From a virus (Duplodnaviria; Caudoviricetes): DNA of 57,275 bases. The stretch is from positions 1-57,275 of IMG/VR virus record IMGVR_UViG_3300022542_000851; one strand, given 5' to 3'. The notes below the pieces were generated by a model. That model was given only the letters and a program-made list of their open reading frames with translations. It was not told where the DNA came from and made no database searches. Positions 1-7,799 of the stretch are shown piece after piece; position 1 is the first letter of the stretch, and every line of letters begins with the position of its first letter. Position numbers and translations under genes: made by a program.

Positions 1-141
1 CCGGTCTTGAGGTCCGGGACGTACACCCCGTCGGCCTCGAGCATGCCAACCAGGTCGACCTCGCCGGCGACATCGGAATCGGTGGCGCCCGAGTAGTCGC
101 GGCCCGTGCCGCGGCCGAGCTCGCGCGCCTCGCCGGTGTCG
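1..141. repeat. Terminal direct repeat (circular assembly overlap), left copy
   Basis: Identical to 57135-57275. Confidence 0.97.
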
Positions 142-425
142 ACGTCGAGCGCGAAGGCGACGTCGGCCACCAGGTGGTGCGGGTCGACCGGCAGCTCGTC
201 GAGGAGGCCCTCGTCGAGGACGTGCTCCGCGAGCTCGCGGGCGCCCTCGTCGCGCTCGTCGAGCAGCTCCCGGGCGTCGCCGGCGGCGGCGCGCTTGACC
301 CACCAGTCGAAGCCGGTGCCTCGATCGGCGTAGGTCGACGTCTCGCGCGCCCGTGGCAGGATGCCCTGGGCGGAGGCCGGGCAGGCCTCGACGCGCTCGG
401 CTTCGGAGGCGGTAAAGAGGGTCAC
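1..425 (-). CDS. PD-(D/E)XK Cas4/RecB-like exonuclease, 5' part (spans the origin; ~407 aa total)
   Basis: GTG at 425 overlaps the MazG stop. It reads MTLFTASEAERVEACP...GEVDLVG with no stops and is in frame with 56336..57178. Confidence 0.8.
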   Translation of the reverse strand, partial: MTLFTASEAERVEACPASAQGILPRARETSTYADRGTGFDWWVKRAAAGDARELLDERDEGARELAEHVLDEGLLDELPVDPHHLVADVAFALDVDTGEARELGRGTGRDYSGATDSDVAGEVDLVGMLEADGVYVPDLKT

Positions 426-811
426 AGCGCCTTGCCGCCATGCCGTCGCGGTCGGGTCTTGTTGTACGCGAGCTTCGCGAGCACCGCCGCTTCAAGGTCG
501 ATTCCGTGCCGACCGCAGAAGTCACCGATGCGGATTAGCACATCGGCAAGCTCGCTCGGCAACCCTTCGGGCTTGCCGCCATCGCCCGAGCGCGGTTTGG
601 TGTCGCCGACTCGCAGAGCCTCAAGCGCTTCGCTCAACTCGGAGTGCATGAGCGCGATGCGCGCGCCGGCGTCACACGTGCCGAGCGGCGAGGTCATCGG
701 CTCGGCGCCGGTCTCGGTACCCCACCATCCTGAATCGTGCGCCGTCCTGAACGACTCGCGACAGAGCTCGGCGATAGTTATCTCGCCGCACTTGGGCTTG
801 GGCGCGCTCAC
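422..811 (-). CDS. MazG-like nucleotide pyrophosphohydrolase
   Basis: HSELSEALE...ELADVLIR...LAYNKTRPRRHGGK motif pattern. Confidence 0.9.
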   Translation of the reverse strand: MSAPKPKCGEITIAELCRESFRTAHDSGWWGTETGAEPMTSPLGTCDAGARIALMHSELSEALEALRVGDTKPRSGDGGKPEGLPSELADVLIRIGDFCGRHGIDLEAAVLAKLAYNKTRPRRHGGKAL

Positions 812-1746
812 GCCTTGATCTCCCCTCGGCGCATCGTCAGCTGTTTCCCGAGGACCTCGCGCGCGTTCGTCCCCTTGGGAACGGCGAGCTGGATCTGGGC
901 GCCGATGGCGTCGACCTCTTTCGCCTTGGTCGCCGCCGCGATGAGCTTCCCGTACTTGTCGATTGCACCGGCGTCGTCGAACTCGACGGCCTCGTCCCCG
1001 GGGAGCTCGCCGGCCGGCGGCGCCACGCTCTCCATCGGCGGCGCAGCAGAGCGCAGCTGCGACTGATCGTCGGCGTCGCCGTCAGCCAGATGAACGCCGG
1101 TGCACTGACCGTAGATCATCCGGAGCAGCTTCCTGGTGGCCTTGCCGAGGATGGCGTCCGCCCCCTGCCCGCTGTTAACCCGGACCGGGATCCGTTCGTC
1201 GATCTCGGTGCCGGCGGCATCCTTCGACAGGATGCGCTGCAGTTGCATCTCCTTGTCGTTCAGGAGCCACCTCGCTCGCGCGCCGACGAGTGCGCCACCG
1301 TTGACGATCTTGGGGACCTCGAAGCTGTAGAGCAGGTTGCTCATGCCCGGGAGCGTCGGGACCGTGGCCTCGAAGAACTCCTTGGTCAGGTAGCTCCTGC
1401 TGGCGATGATGTTGAACTGATTCCCGACCGGCAAGGCGCCCTGCAAGAGGGCCTCGATCAGACACCGCTTGACATCCTTCTCGGGGTAGCCGCCGGAGCT
1501 GTCCTTGTCGGTGCGGAAGCCGAGGCACGAGCCCTGCAGCGCCACGATGTCTTTCATGACCTCCGGCGTCAGGGCATCCTGTAGCATCCGGATACCCCGG
1601 GCCATCGTGATGGCCTTCGACATCCGGCCGGCGGGGAGCTCGGCCAGCGCGGCCTGCTCGACGATCTCGTCGAGCCTGCGGACGGCCTCCGGAATCAGTA
1701 CGGCGACGGGCTTGGGGTCGGTGGTCGCGAGGGCTGCTTTCGGCAT
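808..1746 (-). CDS. Putative single-strand annealing/recombination protein (RecT-like)
   Basis: 312 aa with an acidic flexible C-terminus, located near the exonuclease. The assignment is mostly contextual. Confidence 0.5.
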   Translation of the reverse strand: MPKAALATTDPKPVAVLIPEAVRRLDEIVEQAALAELPAGRMSKAITMARGIRMLQDALTPEVMKDIVALQGSCLGFRTDKDSSGGYPEKDVKRCLIEALLQGALPVGNQFNIIASRSYLTKEFFEATVPTLPGMSNLLYSFEVPKIVNGGALVGARARWLLNDKEMQLQRILSKDAAGTEIDERIPVRVNSGQGADAILGKATRKLLRMIYGQCTGVHLADGDADDQSQLRSAAPPMESVAPPAGELPGDEAVEFDDAGAIDKYGKLIAAATKAKEVDAIGAQIQLAVPKGTNAREVLGKQLTMRRGEIKA

Positions 1747-1749
1747 TGT

Positions 1750-2142
1750 CTATCCTCCTGTTTTCGCCGCGCGCTCGCGGCTGCGTAGGTTGCTGCTGTT
1801 GTCGCCGAGAGCGGCCGTCAGCCGGTCGACGCTCGACATCCGGCCGCCGGCGCGGCGAACGCGCCCCATCGTGGCGACCTCGGCATCGGGCATCGGCCGG
1901 GCCGTGGCGACGACCGGCGCGAGCTGCGCCGGCCGGCGCATGTAGGCGCCGCCGCCGGCCGCCACCAGGTCGAGCCGCCGGACGCAATCCGGGCAACCAC
2001 GCGGCGCGTAGGCCGGGGCCTCGTCGACGTCGGCGAGCTCGCAGCAGCTGACGCCCATCTCCGCGCGCAGCTGCGCCATCCTCGCCGCGGCCTCGGCGAC
2101 CTCCTGGAACCCGGCGCCCTGGGCGGTGCGAGGGTCGCTCAT
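1750..2142 (-). CDS. Hypothetical protein (CC...CxxC)
   Basis: ATGA-coupled ORF in the early operon. Confidence 0.55.
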   Translation of the reverse strand: MSDPRTAQGAGFQEVAEAAARMAQLRAEMGVSCCELADVDEAPAYAPRGCPDCVRRLDLVAAGGGAYMRRPAQLAPVVATARPMPDAEVATMGRVRRAGGRMSSVDRLTAALGDNSSNLRSRERAAKTGG

Positions 2143-2735
2143 GACCGGCCCTCCGCGACCGCTGCGCACTGCTCGGCGGAAAAAGCGGCGCCCGACTCCG
2201 AGGGCCTGGAGCCGGGCGCCTGGGCCTCAAGTGAGAGGCAGGGAGGACTGGCAAGGAGGGTGACGCGCTCACGACTGACGCACGAGCCACTCTCGAACTT
2301 CTCGATGGCGACGACCGTCGGGTCCCGGCGGAAGGTGTCCACCTCGAGCTCGCCGGTCACCCTCGACGAGCTGCCGGTGACGAACAGGACCCGCCAGTGA
2401 TCGGGCTCGACCCACTTCGTGCAGGCCGGGCATTCTCCGCGCTGGTCGCACCGGCCCGAGATGTCCTCGAGGGTGAGGGAGTGTCGACCGCAGAAGTAGC
2501 GGACTCCGCTGGACTCGATGAGAGCGTAGGCGCCGCACTCCCGGCACGGCCCGGTGATGGACGGGTAGACGTGCCAGGACCCCGAACACGTCGCTGCCGT
2601 CGTACTCTCGGCCGGTTGGAAGTGGCGGGTGCGGCGCCACTGGCCGGAACCGCCGTCCGGGTCGATGGCTTCGAAGCCGAACGGAATTGCGGTAGGTTCG
2701 CCCATCTGTGCTACCTTGCTATCTGTATCTGACAT
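2139..2735 (-). CDS. Hypothetical Cys-rich protein
   Basis: GAGGA RBS before ATG; several CxxC motifs. Confidence 0.6.
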   Translation of the reverse strand: MSDTDSKVAQMGEPTAIPFGFEAIDPDGGSGQWRRTRHFQPAESTTAATCSGSWHVYPSITGPCRECGAYALIESSGVRYFCGRHSLTLEDISGRCDQRGECPACTKWVEPDHWRVLFVTGSSSRVTGELEVDTFRRDPTVVAIEKFESGSCVSRERVTLLASPPCLSLEAQAPGSRPSESGAAFSAEQCAAVAEGRS

Positions 2736-2762
2736 GGAGTCCTCCTCTGGATTCGTGTCTCT

Positions 2763-2818
2763 CGCCCTCGGGGTCGCCTGCCGCCAAGCTGTGACGACCC
2801 CCGGGGCGTTCTTCGTTT
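2763..2818. terminator. GC hairpin with a T-rich tail on the plus strand
   Basis: cgccctcggggtcg/cgacccccggggcg followed by ttcttcgtttc. Confidence 0.45.
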
Positions 2819-3033
2819 CAGGCCGCCGCTCTGGCGACCTCGAGCAAGTCGCCAACTAGCGCCTGCGTATCCGGGGACGGGACGCGCGGTCCGCCACGAG
2901 GGCGCAGCCGGCCGGTCAACAGCTTCCAGGTATCGTCGCTCCACTGGGCGAAGCTCTCGTCGAGCCCCGTCCCGAGCACGGCGGCGCTGATGTCCTTGGC
3001 GAGCGCGCGGCGGTTCGCTTCGTGAGCGCGCAT
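2818..3033 (-). CDS. Hypothetical protein, 71 aa
   Basis: ORF in operon orientation downstream of a strong promoter. Confidence 0.55.
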   Translation of the reverse strand: MRAHEANRRALAKDISAAVLGTGLDESFAQWSDDTWKLLTGRLRPRGGPRVPSPDTQALVGDLLEVARAAA

Positions 3034-3034
3034 C

Positions 3035-3136
3035 TACTTGGCCCCCTTCGCCTTGCCGTCGCAGAACCAGGGGCAGAGCGTCCACACGTGGCCGCAGTCG
3101 TCGCGCTTGGTCGTCGTCGTCGTTTTGTTCGTCATG
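3035..3136 (-). CDS. Small Cys/His peptide (MTNKTTTTKRDDCGHVWTLCPWFC...)
   Basis: AGGAGG RBS directly after a sigma70 promoter; too short for the ORF track. Confidence 0.55.
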
Positions 3137-3163
3137 TTCCGTTCCTCCTACCTTCTATAACGT

Positions 3164-3192
3164 AGAATAGCCGGAAAAGGTTGCCTTGTCAA
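3164..3192 (-). promoter_or_regulatory. Sigma70-type early promoter
   Basis: TTGACA-17 bp-TATTCT; inverted repeat TTCTA-5-TAGAA at 3153-3167. Confidence 0.8.
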
Positions 3193-3202
3193 GTGATCGG
3201 CC

Positions 3203-3445
3203 CTAAGTGTCCTCTGTGCCGAGACTTTCAAGCGTACGCAGGAAGCTCTCGCATGCTTTCCTGATGACTATTTGCTTTGACACGCCGAGCTGTCTCCCTG
3301 CGGCCAGAATGCGGGCGGCGTCGGCCTTCGAGAACCGGACGGACCACTCGGGGCCGTCGAGGGCTTCGTCGCCGATAGGATGGCGGCCGCCGGCGCCAGG
3401 TGCCGGGCCGGGCCGGCGCTTCTTCGATGCTCGTTTTCTAGGCAT
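3203..3445 (-). CDS. Ribbon-helix-helix DNA-binding protein
   Basis: WSVRFSKADAARILAAGRQLGVSKQIVIRKACESFL pattern. Confidence 0.75.
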   Translation of the reverse strand: MPRKRASKKRRPGPAPGAGGRHPIGDEALDGPEWSVRFSKADAARILAAGRQLGVSKQIVIRKACESFLRTLESLGTEDT

Positions 3446-3462
3446 AACATGAGGGTATCAAC

Positions 3463-3948
3463 TCAGCTGCCGCGAACGGCGGCCGTCGGCGGCTCACCGT
3501 TCATGACCAGCGGCGCCGGACTCGAGCGCGTCTCGTCGAAGTCGAGCGCCGTCGGCTCGATCCTCCGCTCGTTCGCAGCAGCGCGCCGACCGATCCGCTC
3601 GGCCAGAGACGGCTGCTCGTGACCCTGCGCGCAGTACTTGGCACCGGCGAGCGTGGCGTCCCGGCACCCCTCGGCGCCCAGACACTCCGGGGCGTCCTCG
3701 ATGCGCGCGGCCGTCAGGCGGACGATGACCGCCTCGAGCGTTGCGGCTGTGTGCGACGAGGCCGGGATGTCGACCGGGATCGACTCGACGTCCCTGTGGA
3801 TGTCGATGGCCCAGCCGTCCTCTGTCGACCGGAACGCGGCGTTCACCCGGCCGAGTCGATAGCGCGCGCCGGACAGCCGGAATCCGAGGCGCTGCAGGAT
3901 GGCGAGCGCCTGCACTTGGGTCGCTCGCTCCTCTGTCAGCTCGATCAT
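3463..3948 (-). CDS. Hypothetical protein
   Basis: GAGGTG RBS; 161 aa. Confidence 0.65.
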   Translation of the reverse strand: MIELTEERATQVQALAILQRLGFRLSGARYRLGRVNAAFRSTEDGWAIDIHRDVESIPVDIPASSHTAATLEAVIVRLTAARIEDAPECLGAEGCRDATLAGAKYCAQGHEQPSLAERIGRRAAANERRIEPTALDFDETRSSPAPLVMNGEPPTAAVRGS

Positions 3949-3964
3949 GGCGTCACCTCAGCGG

Positions 3965-4016
3965 AAAAAAACGGCGGCCGGCACCCCGAGCTCGGACCTG
4001 CTCGACCGGCCGCCCG
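3965..4016 (-). terminator. Intrinsic terminator
   Basis: GGCGGCCGG...CCGGCCGCCG stem followed by T7 on the minus strand. Confidence 0.7.
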
Positions 4017-4019
4017 TAT

Positions 4020-4530
4020 GTGGCTTGAGATAGGCAGCGCTGCTCGTAGCAGATCGTTGGAGCGGCGCTCCGATGAGTCGCGGAATGCGGTGCACCGGGG
4101 CCGACTCGCCGCCCAACCGACTCGCCAAAGAGGGTTGATTTCGGGCGACGAGTCGACCTCGATGCACTGCGATGTGCCGGACGGCTCCGGCGGGCCTGCG
4201 AGAACTCTTTCGCCTCGTGGCTTAAACGACTCATCCCCCGCAGCGGGGGGTCGCCGGATGGTGAGCGCTTGGCGCGAATCACGCTGTAGCCCTGGGATAG
4301 AACCGGGACACCCAGGGAGCCGAGAACCTGCTAGAGCCCGTAGTGACGCCCTTGTCGTCCGGGGTGGGGCTTCCTGCCTCCCGTCAGCAAGTGACGGTCC
4401 CCCACTTTGGTTCTTGCGCCCTGCTCGGCCAGATACTCGCCCCGCACGCTCGAAGGGGCGGCCGTACAGCCGCGACACGCACCGGGCGTTCGCGGGCGAG
4501 GAAGATGGCCGACCTTTCCAGCTTGCGGGG
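4020..4530. ncRNA. Candidate structured non-coding RNA
   Basis: Gene-sized gap with many nested stems; overlapping ORFs look like shadow frames. Confidence 0.35.
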
Positions 4531-4947
4531 TTATGCATGAGACCTTCGCGCGCCGGTGACCGGCATGTGGCGGACGATGACAGGCTTCTTGTAAGGGAGC
4601 CTGCCGGACGAGTCGAGAGCCACGCGAAAGCCGTTCCACGGAAACGAGCTCTCTCCCGTCGAGACGATCGCCCCTTTGCGAATCAGGCGGTCGATGATGG
4701 GAGCGAGTCGGTCCGTCACCCAGAAGACCGAGAATCCTCCGTGCTCGCGGATCTGCCGCAGGACGAGATCCCTGAGAGACTCTCGGTTGATGAGTTTTCG
4801 AGCTCCGGACCTCCTCGGCGTGACCTCACGGCCGACGAGACGGCAGGCTGTGCCGGGGGCGAGGTTAGGCACCGGTCGCCTCCGTCGGCTCGGCATGCTC
4901 GAGCGCCAGCTGGACTTCCGCGAGCACGCGCGGGCCGCTCTCTTCAT
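4531..4947 (-). CDS. Hypothetical protein (true start probably ~4870)
   Basis: C-terminal two-thirds are protein-like. Confidence 0.5.
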   Translation of the reverse strand: MKRAARACSRKSSWRSSMPSRRRRPVPNLAPGTACRLVGREVTPRRSGARKLINRESLRDLVLRQIREHGGFSVFWVTDRLAPIIDRLIRKGAIVSTGESSFPWNGFRVALDSSGRLPYKKPVIVRHMPVTGARRSHA

Positions 4948-5152
4948 TGATAGTGCCGCTCAGCGCGCGCTCTACGATGTCGGCCACCGCCAGCAGCGTT
5001 GAGACGTTCCCGCGTTGCTCCTCGCTGCCGGGGCGGCAGACGCGGCACGGATAGCTCAGGGCCCGGACCCGCGTCGCCAGCTTGTGGCCGCAGTCCAGCG
5101 AGACGAGGAACCCGCCACCGCGGACGTCTTCGACATGCACGACGTCAGGCAT
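4865..5152 (-). CDS. Hypothetical zinc-binding protein
   Basis: LDCGH...YPCRVC; overlaps the MTase stop. Confidence 0.6.
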   Translation of the reverse strand: MPDVVHVEDVRGGGFLVSLDCGHKLATRVRALSYPCRVCRPGSEEQRGNVSTLLAVADIVERALSGTINEESGPRVLAEVQLALEHAEPTEATGA

Positions 5153-6074
5153 GGGTCACCGCCTCCGAGGTGGCGGGCGCCGGCGCTTCAAAGAGGGGCG
5201 CCGGCGAGCGCAACGGCCGATTGCTCCACAGGACCTCGACGCGTCGGGCGTTGCGCCTCGTCCCAGCTCCGGCCACGTTCGAGCTGTGCGTCGTGACTTC
5301 GATTTCCTGTCGAAACCAGGCGGCGTAGAGCTCCTGGTAGAGTTCGGAGTTGTAGCCGCTCACCAGCACCCCGCCCGCCGCGCCGCTCAGCGCCGTCGCC
5401 AGCTCCCGATGAGCGCCCTCCCCGAGCATGTCGACCCGGTAGTCACCTCGGCCGGTTGCCCGCGGAGTCGAGCGAGTACTTCCGAGGTACGGCGGGTCGA
5501 CGTACCAACACACCTCCGGCCCGTCGAATCGCGCGACGAGGGCGGCCGCGGCGCAGCACTCGAACGAGATCCCGCGCAGGCGCTCGACAGCCCCGGCGAA
5601 CCGACCGATCCGCGAGGCAATGCTCGCAGGTACCGATTGGGTCCGGCCGGTGGTAATCGACCAGCCGGTCGCCTTCCCGGCGGTCTTCGCGAAAGACTGA
5701 TTCACGCGACACCAGAATCGACGAGCGCGCTCGAGATCGTCGACCTGGGCCTCGAGGTCAGCGGCGGCGTACTCTTCCCTGGCGTGCGGCGTCAGGACGC
5801 AGGCGAGCTCCAGGTCCTCGCGGCGGTCGCGCAGGACGCGGAAGAAGTTGACAACGGCGCCGTCGAGGTCGTTTGCGATCTCGTGCAATGCCGGAGCTTT
5901 CGCGAAGAGGACCGCGCCCGAGCCGAAAAACGGCTCGATGTACACGTCGTGCGGCGGGAGTAGCGCGGCGATGGTGCGCGCCAGGCCGGCCTTGCCGCCG
6001 TAGTAGGAGAAGACGGGCTTAGGCAAGGCGGCCCCCTCGAACTGAGAGCACGCCGAGCACCGACCCGGCGGCAC
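5145..6074 (-). CDS. dam: DNA adenine methyltransferase (Dam/D12 class)
   Basis: YYGGK, YIEPFFGSGAV, NDLD, YVDPPY and EVLWSN motifs. Confidence 0.93.
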   Translation of the reverse strand: MPPGRCSACSQFEGAALPKPVFSYYGGKAGLARTIAALLPPHDVYIEPFFGSGAVLFAKAPALHEIANDLDGAVVNFFRVLRDRREDLELACVLTPHAREEYAAADLEAQVDDLERARRFWCRVNQSFAKTAGKATGWSITTGRTQSVPASIASRIGRFAGAVERLRGISFECCAAAALVARFDGPEVCWYVDPPYLGSTRSTPRATGRGDYRVDMLGEGAHRELATALSGAAGGVLVSGYNSELYQELYAAWFRQEIEVTTHSSNVAGAGTRRNARRVEVLWSNRPLRSPAPLFEAPAPATSEAVTHA

Positions 6075-6271
6075 GTCGGCAAAGACGGTGCGACGGAATC
6101 AGCAATCGGCGCCGCGGCGCGCGCTCAGGTCGAGGGAGAGCATCCTGTGCCGCGGTTGTGACACCGACGCCCCGGACAGTCGCCCGGGTAAAGCCGGGTT
6201 GCCCGGCCAGAGTCGAAGTCAAAGTGCTGATTCCACTAGCTTTTTCGGTCATAATCGACCCGCCTTTGCCA

Positions 6272-6300
6272 TTTCCTACCATGTGGCAGATGGTAGGAAA
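6272..6300. promoter_or_regulatory. Perfect 11-7-11 inverted repeat (candidate attP core or operator)
   Basis: TTTCCTACCAT-gtggcag-ATGGTAGGAAA in an AT-richer intergenic gap. Confidence 0.5.
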
Positions 6301-6442
6301 AGTCAAGCCCTGAGACGGCGAAGTCGAAATAACCGTCGCGTTTGCCACACTTAGCAAGGGTGCGTCCGGAGCAAGGATCGGCCCCCGTGTCGCCGATGTG
6401 CCACTCGGCGCTCGCTCTGCGATGTCGGTGTTCATGGGTGTT

Positions 6443-7168
6443 CTACTCCGCGGCTACGCCCTGTAGCTCGTGCGCTCGATTGCAGCCAGCGCAGTCGCCG
6501 CAGCTGTTCTCGCACGCCATCTCGGCGCTGATTCCCAGCTCGTCGCGCTCGTCAGTCAACCGCTCGATCTCCCGCTCCGCCGAGTCCAGCGCCTCCTGCA
6601 GCTCGTGCTCCCGGGCGCCCCCTGGCTGCGACTTCGCGACCGCTGCGTCCCGCATGTAGTCGCGCTCCTGGAGAGCGTCGGCTACCGCACACTTGCACCC
6701 GCTGACATGAGCTTTTACGGGGCACTGGAGCGCGGCGAGCTCGGCCGCGAGCCGCCTATAGTCTGTTGCCGGCAGTCTTGATTGCGGAGGATGCCCAGCC
6801 CCGATGACGGTGCCGCACTCGTCGCGCGAGCAGCGCCAGGACGTCGAGCCGTCGGTCGCCGTGACGGGGAGGAGGCGGGCTTCTTGATACTGCGCCAGTT
6901 GCGCCGAAGACCACGCGCTGCGCGATGCCGACTCGGCCAGACACTGCGGGCACGGGACCGGCTCGAGTGGTCGATGTGGCTGCTGCTCGCGGACCAAGGT
7001 CGAGCCGTCGGGCCTGATCTCATCGCGGAGTTTCGCGAGCTGGTATGCCCGTTCTTCGCGGAGCTGGAACATCACGTTGTCGGTGGCTCGGCCAGCGGAC
7101 TCCGCGGCAGCTTCTTCGCTCCCGGCGCCGACGGGCGGCGGCGTGCTGGGTTGATCTTTGCCGCTCAC
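6443..7168 (-). CDS. Hypothetical protein with Cys motifs and coiled coil
   Basis: GTGA-coupled to the upstream ORF. Confidence 0.55.
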   Translation of the reverse strand: MSGKDQPSTPPPVGAGSEEAAAESAGRATDNVMFQLREERAYQLAKLRDEIRPDGSTLVREQQPHRPLEPVPCPQCLAESASRSAWSSAQLAQYQEARLLPVTATDGSTSWRCSRDECGTVIGAGHPPQSRLPATDYRRLAAELAALQCPVKAHVSGCKCAVADALQERDYMRDAAVAKSQPGGAREHELQEALDSAEREIERLTDERDELGISAEMACENSCGDCAGCNRAHELQGVAAE

Positions 7169-7362
7169 CGATCGCTCCTCACCGACGTGGCCGCCCGCCG
7201 CTGCGTCAGATTGGCAAGAGCACTCTCGGCTTCCCGTAGACCATCTGCGGCCCAGGCCTTGCCATCGAGTGGTGAGCTGAAGACTTCGCCAGGCAGGCAA
7301 ATCTTCCACAGAGCGACGCCGAGCTCTGCTGTCTGGATTGCTGGCGTGAGCGGGTGACTCAT
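7165..7362 (-). CDS. Hypothetical protein, 65 aa
   Basis: ATGA coupling with an RBS. Confidence 0.55.
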   Translation of the reverse strand: MSHPLTPAIQTAELGVALWKICLPGEVFSSPLDGKAWAADGLREAESALANLTQRRAATSVRSDR

Positions 7363-7799
7363 CCGTTCCGTCCTTTCGAGATTGACAGCTTGCCACCATC
7401 GACAGCGATGCTCAGCTGCCCCTCAGCGTGCACAGGCGTCAACTTCGGTTGATCGTCGTCGGACCAGTAACCCCAGCGGCACGTCGTGCAAGTCACACGT
7501 CTCCCGTTGTCACCCGTAAAGCGATGACAAGCTTGATCCTTCTGCGGCTCGAAGACGTGCCGACAACGCGCGCACCATACTCTCGGCTCATAGTCCTCTA
7601 TCAGCTCGCCAGATGGAATGCGCCGTGACTTAGAGAGCGCTTCGCATCGATAGTCATGCCGCCAGATGCACCGATGAATCGGCACGATCCATGCGACGAA
7701 AGCCCAGCACCCACGAACTATACGAACCGGTAGCCGAACAAGCCCCAGAAGGAAGGCGGCGGCGGTACCAATTAGCGCGTCAAGAAGTGGCCCGATCAT
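7359..7799 (-). CDS. Hypothetical protein with N-terminal hydrophobic segment
   Basis: Coupled to the integrase stop; lower GC; flanked by 19-bp repeats. Confidence 0.6.
   Translation of the reverse strand: MIGPLLDALIGTAAAFLLGLVRLPVRIVRGCWAFVAWIVPIHRCIWRHDYRCEALSKSRRIPSGELIEDYEPRVWCARCRHVFEPQKDQACHRFTGDNGRRVTCTTCRWGYWSDDDQPKLTPVHAEGQLSIAVDGGKLSISKGRNG

Noticed and set aside
1-141. Biological direct terminal repeat
   Set aside because: It falls mid-gene and 141 nt matches a common assembler k-mer overlap, so it is best read as circular assembly
4070-4240. Hammerhead ribozyme (GATGAG...CGAAA-like)
   Set aside because: The CUGANGA core is not intact and the stems are not correctly placed
4285-4330. 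tRNA (GGTTCTATCCC T-loop-like on the minus strand)
   Set aside because: No cloverleaf, D-arm or anticodon arm could be built
3619-4950. 443-aa plus-strand ORF, and similar long ORFs at 12800, 22919 and 45754
   Set aside because: Arg/Pro/Ala-rich shadow frames typical of high-GC DNA, antisense to better-supported genes
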